DNA of 64,000 nt from Pseudonocardia sp. (GCA_052387455.1 JBQTJE010000084.1:11879-75878), one strand, 5' to 3'; positions 38,666 to 51,599 are shown, numbered from the stretch's first letter. Notes: generated by a model not told the origin, from the sequence alone. Numbers and translations: made by a program.

Positions 38666-39025
38666 TCAGGCGCCGGGGAGCAGCGCCAGCGCCAGCTCCG
38701 GCGGGCGCGCCACCACCGCGCGCTGCCCGACGACGACGATCGGGCGCTCGATCAGCGCCGGCTCGGCGACCAGCGCGTCGAGCAGGGTGTCGCGGTCGGC
38801 TCCCGCCAGGGCGAGCTCGGCGTAGCGCGGCTCCCCGGTGCGGGTGATCGCGCGCGGGTCGTCGGTGCCGAGCTTCGCCAGCACATCCTCCAGCGCCGCC
38901 CGGTCGGGCGCCACGTCGAGGTAGCGGACGAGCGCGGGCTCGATGCCGCGCTCGGCCAGCAGCTCGAGCACGCCGCGGCTCTTCGAGCAGCTCGGGTTGT
39001 GCCAGACGACCGGTGCGGGCTCCAC
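38666..39025 (-). CDS. arsC: ArsC/Spx/MgsR-family arsenate reductase-like protein
   Basis: WHNPSCSKSR and LIERPIV. Confidence 0.88.
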   Translation of the reverse strand: MEPAPVVWHNPSCSKSRGVLELLAERGIEPALVRYLDVAPDRAALEDVLAKLGTDDPRAITRTGEPRYAELALAGADRDTLLDALVAEPALIERPIVVVGQRAVVARPPELALALLPGA

Positions 39026-39121
39026 GGCCCGAGCCTAACCGCGCCGTCCCCGTCGATAACGCCGCGTGCCCGTCCGGCGACTACAGGGCACGCGCGCTCG
39101 CCCACGGGAGAGGCCACCCCC

Positions 39122-40291
39122 ATGACCGGTCCCGACGATCCCACCGTCGCCACCCCGGCCCGCCGGGCCCGGCGGCCGGTCGCGCTGCTCGTCGTCCTGG
39201 CGGTGCTGGCCGGTGCCGGACTCACCGCGGTGGGCCTCTACGCCGCGGGCGCGTTCTCCACCGAGATCGTCGCCGAACCGCTCGCCGCGGACGGCGCCAA
39301 CCCGTTCATGCCCGCGATCGGCGAGGGGCAGGCGGTCACCCGGCCGGCGAGCAAGACGGGCGTGACCGTCACCGGCGACACCGCGGGCCTCTACGGCGGC
39401 ACCCTCAACGACGCCACCTGCGACCGGATCAAGCTGGTGACGTTCCTCCAACAGAACCCGGACAAGGGCGCGGCGTGGGCCGGGGTCCTCGGCATCGCGG
39501 CGGACGCGATCGCCGGCTACGTCGCCGGGCTCACCGCGGTCGTCCTGCGCTCGGACACGGCCGTCACCAACCACGGGTTCGCCGACGGCCGGGCGACGAC
39601 CCTGAACTCGGTGCTCGAGGCGGGGACGGCGGTGCTCGTCGACAACGCCGGCGTGCCGAGGGTGCGGTGCAGGTGCGGCAACCCGCTCACCCCGGCGCGG
39701 ACGTTCACCAGGCCGGAGTACAGCGGCGAGCGGTGGCCCGAGCTCGCCGCCGAGAACGTCACCGTCGTCGCGCCGTCGCCGCGACCGGTGGCGGTCTTCG
39801 CGGTGATCAACCTGGCGGACAACGAGTCGACGATCAACCGCCCGGCCGGCTCCGCGGGCGAGCGCGACGAGGGCCGCCTGGAGGACGCCGGCATCGCGGG
39901 CACCTTCACGATCACGCGCACGCTGGTCGCCTGCACCGGCATCACCGATCCGGACGAGTCCTGCGACGACTACGACAACCAGAGGTTCACCTGGACGGTC
40001 CGTTGCGAGAGCACGGACACCTGCGCGGTCGACGACGTGGTGTTCCGATCGGACGGCTCGTCCTGGAACGCCTCCGGCGCCAACCCCACGGACAGCTCGT
40101 TCCGCTGCTTCGACGTACCCGTCCCGACATCGTTCGTGACCCGGTTCGCGCCCGGCTCCGCGGCGACCGTCGACGGCAGGTGGGCGGCGCAGACCCTGTC
40201 CGGGCGGACCGAGCGGCGGGCGAGCGGCACGTCCCGCTGCCCGGACGACTTCCTGTTCACCTGGGAGTTCACCGGGCAGCGAACGGGCTAG
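39122..40291 (+). CDS. Membrane-anchored DUF6777-like domain protein without kinase
   Basis: N-terminal transmembrane segment; the same GLYGGT..CD..AWA..TNHGF..GTAVLVD..PRVRCRCGNPL block; Cys-rich beta C-terminus. Confidence 0.85.
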   Translation: MTGPDDPTVATPARRARRPVALLVVLAVLAGAGLTAVGLYAAGAFSTEIVAEPLAADGANPFMPAIGEGQAVTRPASKTGVTVTGDTAGLYGGTLNDATCDRIKLVTFLQQNPDKGAAWAGVLGIAADAIAGYVAGLTAVVLRSDTAVTNHGFADGRATTLNSVLEAGTAVLVDNAGVPRVRCRCGNPLTPARTFTRPEYSGERWPELAAENVTVVAPSPRPVAVFAVINLADNESTINRPAGSAGERDEGRLEDAGIAGTFTITRTLVACTGITDPDESCDDYDNQRFTWTVRCESTDTCAVDDVVFRSDGSSWNASGANPTDSSFRCFDVPVPTSFVTRFAPGSAATVDGRWAAQTLSGRTERRASGTSRCPDDFLFTWEFTGQRTG

Positions 40292-40336
40292 CCGGCCCGC
40301 ACGGGCACTGTGCGGCCCGCACAGGCGTCCCGGCAC

Positions 40337-40417
40337 CCGCGCGGACCCGGGAACGCCCGTGCGGACCCGGATACGCCCGCGCGGACCCGGGAGCGCCCGT
40401 GCGGACGCGGGAGCGGA
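40337..40417. repeat. 20-bp tandem repeat CCG(C/T)GCGGACCCGGGA(A/G)CGC (4 copies)
   Basis: Seen directly between convergent genes. Confidence 0.8.
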
Positions 40418-40419
40418 AC

Positions 40420-41877
40420 CTAACCGGCCGCCGCCCGGACGGCCGCCTCGATCCGCTCGCCGGTCTCCTTGTCGATGTTGCGCCAGTACTCGAACGCCCG
40501 GGTCAGGACCGGCTCGGACACCCCGTCGCCCAGGTGGCCCGCGACGTTCTCGACCAGCCGGGCGCGCTCGTCGTCGTCGAGCACGTCGCGGACCATCGCA
40601 CCGGCCTGGCCCCAGTCGTCGTCGTCGCGGCGCAGCGTGTAGGCCTGCCGCACCATCTCGCCGTCGGCGTACCAGAGGCCCTCGGCGGTGCGCGCCGGGT
40701 CGGCCTTCGGGCCGCCGTAGGAGTTCGGCGCGTACACCGGGTCGGTGGCGTTGACGACGCGCATCGCGCCGTCCTTCGAGTAGCTGTGCACGTCGACCTT
40801 CGGGCGGTTCACCGGGATCTGCTGGTAGTTCACCCCGAGCCGGGCGCGGTGGGCGTCGGCGTAGGAGAAGCCGCGGGCCAGCAGCATCTTGTCCGGCGAC
40901 AGGCCGGTGCCGGCGACGTGGTTGTTCGGCTGGAACGCCGCCTGCTCCATCTCGGTGTGGTAGTCGGTGACGTTGCGGTTGAGGGTGAAACGGCCGACCT
41001 CGTGCAGCGGGTAGTCGCCGTGCGGCCACACCTTGGTGAGGTCGAACGGGTTGAACCGGTAGGTCTTGGCGTCCTCGAACGGCATGATCTGCATGTGTAG
41101 CGTCCAGCTCGGGAAGTCCCCGGCCTCGATCGAGTCGTAGAGGTCGCGCTGGTGGTAGTCGCCGTCGGACCCGGCGAGCCGGTCGGCCTCGTCCTGGGTG
41201 AGGAACTCGATGCCCTGGTCGGTCTTGAAGTGGTACTTCACCCAGAAGATCTCACCGGTGGCGTTGATCCAGCTGTAGGTGTGGCTGGAGTAGCCGTTCA
41301 TGTGCCGCCAGCTGCGCGGGATGCCGCGGTCGCCCATCAGCCAGCTCAGCATGTGCGCCGACTCGGGCGAGAGCGTCCAGAAGTCCCACTGCATGTCGTG
41401 GTCGCGCAGGTTGTTCGCCGCGCGGCGCTTCTGCGAGCGGATGAAGTGCTGGAACTTCAGCGGGTCGCGGATGAAGAAGATCGGCACGTTGTTGCCGACG
41501 ATGTCGAGGTTGCCCTCGGAGGTGTAGAGCTTCATGGAGAAGCCGCGAGGGTCGCGCCAGGTGTCGGGGCTGCCGCGCTCGCCGGCCACCGTCGAGAACC
41601 GGATGAGCATGTCGGTCTCGGTGCCCGGCTGGAAAACCGCCGCCTTGGTGTACGCGCTGACGTCGCCGGTCATCACGAACGTGCCGAACGCCCCGCCGCC
41701 CTTGGCGTGCGGCTGGCGCTCCGGGATGCGCTCGCGGTTGAAGTTCGCCATCTGCTCGATCAGGTAGTGGTCCTGGAGCAGGATCGGGCCGTCCGGGCCG
41801 ACGGTGAGCGAGTGCTCGTCGCTCGCGACCGGGATGCCGGCATCGGTCGTCGTCGGCCTGGGATGCGTGCTGGTCAC
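40420..41877 (-). CDS. katA: Monofunctional heme catalase
   Basis: [36 protein letters not shown] and RGFSYADAH; AGGAGG RBS before GTG 41877. Confidence 0.96.
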   Translation of the reverse strand: MTSTHPRPTTTDAGIPVASDEHSLTVGPDGPILLQDHYLIEQMANFNRERIPERQPHAKGGGAFGTFVMTGDVSAYTKAAVFQPGTETDMLIRFSTVAGERGSPDTWRDPRGFSMKLYTSEGNLDIVGNNVPIFFIRDPLKFQHFIRSQKRRAANNLRDHDMQWDFWTLSPESAHMLSWLMGDRGIPRSWRHMNGYSSHTYSWINATGEIFWVKYHFKTDQGIEFLTQDEADRLAGSDGDYHQRDLYDSIEAGDFPSWTLHMQIMPFEDAKTYRFNPFDLTKVWPHGDYPLHEVGRFTLNRNVTDYHTEMEQAAFQPNNHVAGTGLSPDKMLLARGFSYADAHRARLGVNYQQIPVNRPKVDVHSYSKDGAMRVVNATDPVYAPNSYGGPKADPARTAEGLWYADGEMVRQAYTLRRDDDDWGQAGAMVRDVLDDDERARLVENVAGHLGDGVSEPVLTRAFEYWRNIDKETGERIEAAVRAAAG

Positions 41878-41998
41878 CGCGGTGCCTCCTCGCTGTGGTG
41901 GTCGGGCGCTGTGGTGGTCGGGCGCCCGCGGCACGGTCCACATCGGTGGCCCGGCCGCAGCTTCGACATACCCCGTGGCGCGCCGTTCCACCCGGCCT

Positions 41999-42517
41999 TC
42001 ACCCGGGTTCGCGCACCGCCACGGGCACCTCGACGAGCGCGAAGGTGTCGACGTCGAGCACGAACCCGCGCACCGGCGTGCCCGGGCGCAGGTAGGGCGA
42101 GCGGTGCAGGCGGCGCACCCCGGCCGCCACGGCGGCGTGCACGTCGCGGAACGTCCCGGGCCGCCACGGCGGGCGGAACCCGCAGTCGCCCGCGATCTCG
42201 TCGGAGAACTCGTCGTCGGTGAAGGTCGCCATCCCGCAGCCGGAGTGGTGCACGACCAGGACGTCGGTGCTGCCGAGCTTGCGCTGGCTGTTCGCGATCG
42301 AGCGCACCACGTCGTCGGTGACGATGCCGCCCGCGTTGCGCAGCACGTGCGCCTCGCCGGGCCGCAGCCCGAACAGCGTGTAGACGTCGATGCGCACGTC
42401 CATGCAGGTCACGATCACGGTCTGCAGGGCCGGCCGGGCCGGCGCACCGGCGCAGGCCCTGGCGGCCCGGGCCTGCCCGTGGTCGGCGTGGCGGCGCAGC
42501 AGCTCGTCGGAGGTCAC
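41999..42517 (-). CDS. Beta-class carbonic anhydrase (Rv1284-like)
   Basis: TCMDVR, RNAGG and HHSGCGM zinc ligands; start approximate. Confidence 0.92.
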   Translation of the reverse strand: MTSDELLRRHADHGQARAARACAGAPARPALQTVIVTCMDVRIDVYTLFGLRPGEAHVLRNAGGIVTDDVVRSIANSQRKLGSTDVLVVHHSGCGMATFTDDEFSDEIAGDCGFRPPWRPGTFRDVHAAVAAGVRRLHRSPYLRPGTPVRGFVLDVDTFALVEVPVAVREPG

Positions 42518-42536
42518 GATCACCAACGCTACCGGC

Positions 42537-42579
42537 GTCAACTGAGGTTGACACCCGAGGGATGTCAACGTAAGTTGAC
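42537..42579. promoter_or_regulatory. Two GTCAAC-N4-GTTGAC operators
   Basis: 42537-42552 (spacer TGAG) and 42564-42579 (spacer GTAA) in the 66-bp divergent gap. Confidence 0.75.
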
Positions 42580-42583
42580 AGTC

Positions 42584-42796
42584 ATGAGCAACGACGCGAC
42601 CACCGTCGCCGCGGCGGCGTCCAGCCGGGACCCGGCCGTCGGGTTGGACGCGGTGCGCGCGCTGCGCGACCTGCTGGAGTCCCTCGAACGGCTGCAGGTC
42701 GGCAACGCCCGCGACCGGGGTTGGTCCTGGCAGCAGATCGCCGCGGCGCTGCGCGTCAGCCGGCAGGCCGTGCACAAGAAGTACCGGAAACTCTAG
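42584..42796 (+). CDS. Small HTH protein typically paired with Clp-N proteins
   Basis: ARDRGWSWQQIAAALRVSRQAVHKKY; 70 aa. Confidence 0.9.
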   Translation: MSNDATTVAAAASSRDPAVGLDAVRALRDLLESLERLQVGNARDRGWSWQQIAAALRVSRQAVHKKYRKL

Positions 42797-42805
42797 GAGA
42801 GGGAG

Positions 42806-43333
42806 ATGTTCGAGAGGTTCTCCGACGCCGCCCGCCGGGCGGTCGTGACCGCGCAGCAGGATGCCCGGGAACGGAGCCAGGACGAGATCCGCAGCGAGAA
42901 CGTGCTGATGGGGCTGCTCGACGCGCCGTCCGCGCCCGGCGCGATCCTGCTACGGCAGCTCGGCGTCGACCGCTCGGTGGTCGACGAGGCCATCCGCCGC
43001 CGCGACGACGCCGCCCTCGCCGCGCTCGGCATCGACGCCGACGAGGTCCGCCGCCGGACCGAGGAGACGTTCGGCCGGGGTGCGCTCGACCGCGGACGGC
43101 GCCGGCGACGCGGCCACCTCCCGTTCGCCCGCGGCACCAAGAAGGCCCTGGAGCTCGCCCTGCGCGAGGCGATCCGGCTCGGCGACCGGCACATCGGCAC
43201 CGAGCACGTACTGCTCGGCCTGCTGCACGACGAGACCGGTTCCGCCCGGGACGTCCTCGCCGGGCACGGCGTGACACTCGCGGCGATGCGCGCGGCGGTG
43301 GCGGAGCTGGGCCGCGGCGCCGCCAGCGGCTGT
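42806..43333 (+). CDS. Stand-alone Clp N-terminal repeat protein; expected stop absent
   Basis: MFERFSDAARRAVV, LPFARGTKKALELALREA..LGDRHIGTEHVLLGLL. TGT at 43331-43333 where similarity ends; the frame is open to 45088. Confidence 0.85.
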
Positions 43334-43344
43334 CCGCCGTCGTC

Positions 43345-43420
43345 GCGCTCACGCACATCGCGGGGTGCTCACGCACATGCTCGAACCTGTGCGCGAGCGC
43401 ACGAAGGTGTGCGTGAGCGC
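43345..43420. terminator. Long hairpin between the convergent clpN and asd genes
   Basis: 13-bp inverted repeat GCGCTCACGCACA / TGTGCGTGAGCGC with an internal GCTCACGCACA repeat. Confidence 0.6.
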
Positions 43421-43435
43421 GGGACGAGCCGCGCC

Positions 43436-44521
43436 TCACACCGTCCGGCCGGCCGCCACCGTCTCCGCGATCTCGTAGGTGTTGAGGGCAGCGCCCTTGC
43501 GCAGGTTGTCCCCGCAGACGAACAGCTCCAGCGTGTTCGGGAAGTCCAGCGCCTGCCGGATCCGGCCGACCCACGTGGGATCGCCGCCCACGGCGTCGGC
43601 CGGGGTGGGCCACTCGCCGGCCGCCGGGTCGTCGCGCAGCACGATCGTGGGCTGCGCGGCGAGCACCTTGCGCGCGGCCTCCACCGTGACCTCCCGGGCG
43701 AACGTGGCGTGCACGGCCATCGCGTGCGTCGTGACCACCGGCACCCGCACGCACGTCGCGGACACCTTCAACCCCGGGATGCCGAGGATCTTGCGGGACT
43801 CGTTGCGGACCTTCAGCTCCTCCGACGACCACCCGTCGTCCTTGAGCGAGCCCGCCCAGGGCACCACGTTGAGCGCGAGCGGCGCGGGGAACGGCGAGTC
43901 CGCGGGCAGCCCGGCCAGCGCGTGGGCCACGTCCCCGGCGCGCACGCCCACCTCCCGACCGGCGACGGCCGCGAGCTCCGCGTACAGCCGGTCGACGCCG
44001 GCCTGTCCCGCGCCGGACGCCGCCTGGTACGACGCCACGACCAGCGCCTCCAGCGCGAACTCGCGGTGCAGCGCGCCCATCGCGGCCATCATCGACAGCG
44101 TCGTGCAGTTGGGGTTGGCGATGATCCCCTTCGGCCGGCGGGCCGCGTCGGAGGCGTTGCACTCCGGCACCACGAGCGGCACGTCCGGGTCCATCCGGAA
44201 CGCCCCGGAGTTGTCCACGGCCACCGCCCCACGCGACGCCGCCACCGGCGCCCACTCGGCACTCACCTCGTCCGGCACGTCGAACAGGGCGATGTCGACG
44301 CCGTCGAAGACCTCTGGCGTGAGCTCGCGGACGACCACCTCGTCGCCGCGCACGCGCAGGACGCGACCCGCCGACCGCGCCGAGGCGACCAGCCGGATCT
44401 CCGACCACGGGACCGACTCCCGCGCGTCGATGATCTCGATCATCGTCGAGCCGACCGCCCCGGTGGCGCCCACGATCGCCAGCACCGGCCCCGCCGACGA
44501 CGCGCTCGCACGCTCGCTCAT
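43436..44521 (-). CDS. asd: Aspartate-semialdehyde dehydrogenase
   Basis: [25 protein letters not shown] and [10 protein letters not shown]. Confidence 0.97.
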   Translation of the reverse strand: MSERASASSAGPVLAIVGATGAVGSTMIEIIDARESVPWSEIRLVASARSAGRVLRVRGDEVVVRELTPEVFDGVDIALFDVPDEVSAEWAPVAASRGAVAVDNSGAFRMDPDVPLVVPECNASDAARRPKGIIANPNCTTLSMMAAMGALHREFALEALVVASYQAASGAGQAGVDRLYAELAAVAGREVGVRAGDVAHALAGLPADSPFPAPLALNVVPWAGSLKDDGWSSEELKVRNESRKILGIPGLKVSATCVRVPVVTTHAMAVHATFAREVTVEAARKVLAAQPTIVLRDDPAAGEWPTPADAVGGDPTWVGRIRQALDFPNTLELFVCGDNLRKGAALNTYEIAETVAAGRTV

Positions 44522-45783
44522 CGCCCGCTCCCCGCGTACACCACGGCCTGCTCGTCGCCGCCCAGGTCGAACGCCGCGTGCAGCGCCCGCACCGCGTCGT
44601 CGAGCTGCTCCGCCCGGCAGATCACCGAGATCCGGATCTCCGAGGTGTTCATGGTCTCGATGTTGATGCCGGCGTCGGACAGCGCCTCGCAGAACGTCGC
44701 CGTGACGCCCGGGTGGTTGCGCATCCCGGCGCCGACCAGCGAGACCTTGCCCACCCGGTCGTCGAGCACGAGATCGGCGAACCCGATCTCGCCCTGCGCC
44801 GCGCGCAGCGCCGCGACCGCGCGCGGGCCGTCGCTGCGGGCGAGGGTGAACGTGATGTCGGTGGTGCCGGCGCCGCCCACGCTGATGTTCTGCAACACCA
44901 TGTCGATGTTGATCTCGGCGTCGGCCACCGTGCGGAAGATCCGCGCCGCCATGCCCGGGGTGTCCGGCACGCCGACCACGGTGATCTTGGCTTCGGACCG
45001 GTCGTGCGCGACGCCGGTGATGATCGCGTTCTCCAACGGGATCTCCTCGATCGAGCCGGTGACGAGCGTCCCCGGCCGGTCGTTGTAGGAGCTGCGCACG
45101 CGCAGCGGGACGTGGTAGCGGCGCGCGTACTCCACCGCGCGCAGGTGCAGGATCTTCGCCCCGGACGCGGCGAGCTCCAGCATCTCCTCGTAGGTGACGG
45201 TGTCGAGGCGCTGGGCGTCGGCGACGATCCGCGGATCGGCGGTGTAGACGCCGTCGACGTCGGAGTAGATCTCGCAGACGTCGGCGTCCAGGGCGGCGGC
45301 GAGCGCGACCGCGGTGGTGTCGGAGCCGCCGCGGCCCAGCGTGGTGACGTCCTTGCTGTCCTGCGAGACCCCCTGGAACCCCGCGACCAGCACGATCGAG
45401 CCCTCGTCGAGCGCCGAGCGCAGCCGCTGCGGGTTGACCTGCACGATCCGGGCGTCGCCGTGCTTGGAGGTGGTGACCATCCCGGCCTGCGACCCGGTGA
45501 ACGACCGCGCCTGGACGCCCAGCCCATGCACCGCCATCGCCACCAGCGCGTTGGAGATCCGCTCGCCGGAGGTGAGCAGCATGTCCATCTCGCGGGGCGG
45601 GGGCGCGGGGCAGACCTGCTCGGCGAGGTCGAGCAGCTCGTCGGTGGTGTCGCCCATCGCGGAGACCACGACGACGACGTCGTTGCCCTCCTTGTGCGTG
45701 CGCACGATCCGCTCGGCGACCCTCTTGATCCGGTCCGCGTCCTGCACCGACGATCCGCCGTACTTCTGCACGACCAGCGCCAC
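44518..45783 (-). CDS. ask: Aspartate kinase
   Basis: [25 protein letters not shown] and two ACT domains; ATGA overlap with asd. Confidence 0.98.
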   Translation of the reverse strand: MALVVQKYGGSSVQDADRIKRVAERIVRTHKEGNDVVVVVSAMGDTTDELLDLAEQVCPAPPPREMDMLLTSGERISNALVAMAVHGLGVQARSFTGSQAGMVTTSKHGDARIVQVNPQRLRSALDEGSIVLVAGFQGVSQDSKDVTTLGRGGSDTTAVALAAALDADVCEIYSDVDGVYTADPRIVADAQRLDTVTYEEMLELAASGAKILHLRAVEYARRYHVPLRVRSSYNDRPGTLVTGSIEEIPLENAIITGVAHDRSEAKITVVGVPDTPGMAARIFRTVADAEINIDMVLQNISVGGAGTTDITFTLARSDGPRAVAALRAAQGEIGFADLVLDDRVGKVSLVGAGMRNHPGVTATFCEALSDAGINIETMNTSEIRISVICRAEQLDDAVRALHAAFDLGGDEQAVVYAGSGR

Positions 45784-45968
45784 CGCCGACCTCCTGGTTC
45801 CCGGCGCGGGGAGTCCGGCGCCGTCGGGCGTCACCGCCCGGGCGCGGGCGCTGGTCGGGACCCCACCCTACCGGCGGGCGCGGCGCCGGGGCAGTGAGTT
45901 GCCCGACGTCCGCGGCACCCGTCCGGGCCTGTCCCGGACCTGTCGGGGCCGGTCCCTACGGTGGACCC

Positions 45969-48116
45969 ATGGCACGGAAGTCGTCCGGGCTCGGCGCGTG
46001 GCTCGCCACCCTCGATGCCGAGCAGTTGCTCGCGGTGCTGCGCGCCCGACCCGACGCGGCGCTCGCCCCGGAGCCCGGCAACCCCGGCGAGCTGGCGGCC
46101 CGGCTCGCCACCGTGGGATCGGTGCGCCACGCCCTGGGCCTGCTCGACGTGCCGGCGTTGCAGCTCGTCGAGGCCCTGCTCGCGCTCGGCGGCCGGGCGC
46201 GCGCGGGCGAGCTGGCCGAACTGCTCGGGATCGACGGGGCGGGCGCCCAGTACCGGTTCGACGTCGCGCTCGCCGCGCTCACCGGTCTGGCGCTGGCCTG
46301 GCCGGTGGGCGACGAGCTGCGGCTGGCGGGCACGGCGGGTGAACTGATCGCCGACCCGCTGGCGTTGGGCGCGCCGGGCCGGGAGCTGTTCGGTCAGCTC
46401 ACCGTCGCGGAGCTGGAGCGGATCGGCTCCGGGCTGGGGCTCGGCGGGTTCGGCCGCAAGGCGCAGTGGGTGGAGGCGGTCGTGGCGGCGGTCGCCGATC
46501 CCGGGCTCGTGGCTGCCCGGCTGGCGCACGCCCCGCCCGCCCTGGTCGCGGCCGTGCAGGAGATCGCCTGGTCGGGCCCGCGGGTGGCGGGGGCCCGGTT
46601 GCCCGGCCGGTACGAGCGGTTCGCCGCCGACGACCTGGGCGTGGCGCTGGCCGTGCAGGGCTGGGTGGTGCCGTTTCCGTGGCGGGGGGTCGCGGAGATG
46701 CCCCGCGAGGTCGCGCTCGCGGTGCGCGGACCGGGCTACCACGCCCCGTTCGACCCGCTGCCGCCCCCGCCCGCCACCGCCGCCGTCGACGCGGGGCGAT
46801 TGTCCGACGCCTCGCAGCACGCCGCCGCCGCAGCCGTCGACGCCGTGCGCAGGCTGGTGGCGATCGTCGAGCGGACGCCGCCCGCCACGCTGCAGGCCGG
46901 CGGGGTGGGGGTCCGCGAGCTGCGTCGACTGGCCAAGGAGCTGTCGGTGGACGAGGCGGCCGCGCGACTGTGGCTGGAGGTGGCGGTGGCCGCCGACCTC
47001 GTGGCGCCCACCCCGGCCGACGACGTGGTGCCGACGAGGTCCGCCGACGGATGGCTCCAGGCCGATCCTGCGGGCGCCCTGGCCGTGCTGCTCCGGGCGT
47101 GGCTGGAGCTGCCGATCGTCCCCGGGTGCCACCTCGACGACAAGGGCAAGCCCGGGCCGGCGGTGCACTGGTCGGCGGTCCTGCCCGGGATGGCCCCGCT
47201 GCGCGCCGACGTCCTGCGCGAATTGGCCGCGCTCGCCGCGGACGGTCGCGGCCTGGCCGACGCCGCCGATCCCGGCCCACTCGCCCGGCGACTGGCGCAC
47301 CGCAGGCCGTTGCTCACCGGCGCCCCCGAGGCCGTCGCGCCGCCGGTGCGGGCCACGCTGACCGAGGCCGCGCTGCTCGGGCTGGTGGCGGACGGCGCGC
47401 TCGCCCCGCTCGGCGTCGCGGCCCTCGACGCCGCGGTCGCCGCCGACCCCACCGCGGCCCTCACCGCCGCCGCGGCCGGGCTGCTCCCCGCCGTGGCCAC
47501 CACCGCGACGTTCCTGCCCGACCTCACCGCGGTGGTCGGCGGCGCGGTGAGCCCGGCGCTGGCCCGGCTGCTCGACGAGGCCGCCGATGCCGAGACCCGC
47601 GACACCGCGTCCACCTGGCGGTTCAGCGCCGCGGGCGTGCGCCGGGCGCTCGACGCCGGCCGCGACGCCGATTCCCTGCTCACGGCGCTGCGCGCCGTCG
47701 CGGACAACCCGCTGCCGCAGCCGCTGGAGTACCTGGTCCGCGACGTCGCGCGCCGCCACGGCGAGCTGGAGGTGGTGCCGGCGGCATGCTGCGTGGTCGT
47801 GGCCGACGCCGCCCTCGCCGCCGAGGTGGCCGCGCACCGCAGGCTGGCGCCGCTGAAGCTGCGCCGCCTCGGCGACTCGGTGCTGGCCAGCACGAAGTCC
47901 GCCACCGACACCCTGGCCGCGCTGCGGGCCGCGGGTTACGCCCCGGTGCGCCGCGACGCCCACGGCGCCGCGGTCGTGGAGAAGCGCCCGGTCCGGCGCG
48001 CCGAGCGGCGCAGGCCGTTCCCGGCACGGTTCGCCCCCGGCGGGCGCGCGCCGGGCGACCTGCCGGCGCTGGCGCGCAGACTGGCCGGGGGTGACGTCGG
48101 CGAGCTCCGCGCGTGA
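45969..48116 (+). CDS. Helicase-associated domain protein (XPB-associated/Helicase_C_3-like)
   Basis: TWRFSAAGVRRALDAG..L..L...ADNPLPQPLEYLVRDVARRHG; no Walker motifs. Confidence 0.8.
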   Translation: MARKSSGLGAWLATLDAEQLLAVLRARPDAALAPEPGNPGELAARLATVGSVRHALGLLDVPALQLVEALLALGGRARAGELAELLGIDGAGAQYRFDVALAALTGLALAWPVGDELRLAGTAGELIADPLALGAPGRELFGQLTVAELERIGSGLGLGGFGRKAQWVEAVVAAVADPGLVAARLAHAPPALVAAVQEIAWSGPRVAGARLPGRYERFAADDLGVALAVQGWVVPFPWRGVAEMPREVALAVRGPGYHAPFDPLPPPPATAAVDAGRLSDASQHAAAAAVDAVRRLVAIVERTPPATLQAGGVGVRELRRLAKELSVDEAAARLWLEVAVAADLVAPTPADDVVPTRSADGWLQADPAGALAVLLRAWLELPIVPGCHLDDKGKPGPAVHWSAVLPGMAPLRADVLRELAALAADGRGLADAADPGPLARRLAHRRPLLTGAPEAVAPPVRATLTEAALLGLVADGALAPLGVAALDAAVAADPTAALTAAAAGLLPAVATTATFLPDLTAVVGGAVSPALARLLDEAADAETRDTASTWRFSAAGVRRALDAGRDADSLLTALRAVADNPLPQPLEYLVRDVARRHGELEVVPAACCVVVADAALAAEVAAHRRLAPLKLRRLGDSVLASTKSATDTLAALRAAGYAPVRRDAHGAAVVEKRPVRRAERRRPFPARFAPGGRAPGDLPALARRLAGGDVGELRA

Positions 48117-48121
48117 CGTCT

Positions 48122-48412
48122 TTAGAACCGGCGGGCGATCCGGGTGAGCAACGTGGTGATGACCAGCCAGATGATCGCCGCGACGCCATAGTTCAGCGCG
48201 ACCCGCAGCTTCTCGTCGCCCGGCAGGAACAGGTCCGACAGCCCGAGGTTGAACACGTTCGCCAGATAGGCGATGAACTGCGCGAACGCGTTGGCCGGGT
48301 TGGCCTCCAGCAGCGCCAGCAGGATGTAGATGACGAGCACCGCCACGATGAACATGCCGATGCCCCGGATGACGTTCGCCAGTACGGATCCGCCCCTGGT
48401 CGCCACGGCCAC
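48122..48412 (-). CDS. Small membrane protein (actinobacterial hypothetical)
   Basis: 96 aa with two or three hydrophobic segments; ANPAN and NYGVAA motifs. Confidence 0.75.
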   Translation of the reverse strand: MAVATRGGSVLANVIRGIGMFIVAVLVIYILLALLEANPANAFAQFIAYLANVFNLGLSDLFLPGDEKLRVALNYGVAAIIWLVITTLLTRIARRF

Positions 48413-48428
48413 TGATCACCTCCGGTGA

Positions 48429-50477
<2,049 letters not shown>

Positions 50478-50557
50478 CGTTCCCGTTCACCGGTTGTTCA
50501 TTTCGGGACGGCCGTTTGCCGGTGGGCGGGCGACGCCGCTGGCGCGACACTGCAACG

Positions 50558-51034
50558 GTGACGCGCGTCGAGCACTACCACGACCCCGCAGCGCCCGCCG
50601 CGGACCAGGTGGTGCCCGCGGTCTTCGCGCTCGTGCGGGACCCGGCGGGGCGGGTGCTGCTCGTCCGCCGGGTCGACAGCGGCAACTGGGAGCCGCCGGG
50701 CGGTCGGGTCGACCCCGGGGAGTCGGCGGTGAACGCGCTGCTGCGCGAGGTGCGCGAGGAGAGCGGGGTGACGGTGCAGGTGACGGCCGTGTCCGGGGTC
50801 TACTGCGATCCCGCGCACGTGCTGGTGTACCCGGCGCTGGGGGAGGTGCGCCAGCAGTTCGCGGTGTACCTGCACGCCCGGGCCGTCGCGGGCATCCTGC
50901 GGCCGGACCGCGTCGAGACCTCCGCCGCCTCCTGGTTCACCCTCGCCGAGCTGCCCGGGCTGCCGATGGCTCCGGTCGTCCGCGCCCGGATCGAGCAGGG
51001 CCTGCACGACGCGGCCGTCACGCACCTGGGGTGA
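50558..51034 (+). CDS. NUDIX hydrolase
   Basis: GGRVDPGESAVNALLREVREESG Nudix box. Confidence 0.92.
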   Translation: MTRVEHYHDPAAPAADQVVPAVFALVRDPAGRVLLVRRVDSGNWEPPGGRVDPGESAVNALLREVREESGVTVQVTAVSGVYCDPAHVLVYPALGEVRQQFAVYLHARAVAGILRPDRVETSAASWFTLAELPGLPMAPVVRARIEQGLHDAAVTHLG

Positions 51035-51059
51035 CGGCGCGGCCTGGCAGGGTGTGCGC

Positions 51060-51599
51060 ATGACCGACGCCTTGCCCGACCGGCTCACCCCGGACCTGCG
51101 CCAGGCCCTCGCCCGGGCCGCCGAGGACGCCCGGGGCCGCGGGCACGGCCACCTCGGGACGGCGCACCTGCTCATGGGGGTGCTCGGCGTGCCCTACGCG
51201 CCGGGCGGAGCGGCGCTCGGGTCGCTCGGGGTGCTGCTGCACCACGTGGACGTCGAGATCGTGCGGGTGGCCGGCTACGGGCGCGGCGGCGCGGCCGCCG
51301 ACCCGGGCCCGGTCGACGCGCAGGACGTGGCGGGCCCGCCCGACCTGCCGCGGCCCCGCTGGTTCCGCCGTGGCACGCCGCTGCCGACGTCCGACGCGGC
51401 CGCCGCCGCGCTGCGCCACGCCGGCGAGGTGGGCGGCGACGCGGTGCACACCGGGCACCTCGTGCTCGGGCTGCTCGCGAGCCCCGGCGGCCTCGCGCAC
51501 CGCATCCTCGCCGACCACGACGTGACCGGCGAGCGGGTTCGCGCCCTTCTGCCGCTCCGTGACCACCGCCGGCAGTCAGATGATCACTCATCGCAGTGA
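51060..51599 (+). CDS. Stand-alone Clp N-terminal repeat protein
   Basis: AAEDARGRGHGHLGTAHLLMG and VHTGHLVLGLL repeats. Confidence 0.8.
   Translation: MTDALPDRLTPDLRQALARAAEDARGRGHGHLGTAHLLMGVLGVPYAPGGAALGSLGVLLHHVDVEIVRVAGYGRGGAAADPGPVDAQDVAGPPDLPRPRWFRRGTPLPTSDAAAAALRHAGEVGGDAVHTGHLVLGLLASPGGLAHRILADHDVTGERVRALLPLRDHRRQSDDHSSQ

Noticed and set aside
43380-43396. Second SOS box (TCGAACCTGTGCGCGA)
   Set aside because: Right half-site has two mismatches, and it lies between convergent gene ends, not in a promoter.
45784-45968. Lysine riboswitch or attenuator upstream of ask
   Set aside because: No recognisable conserved riboswitch blocks or leader peptide.
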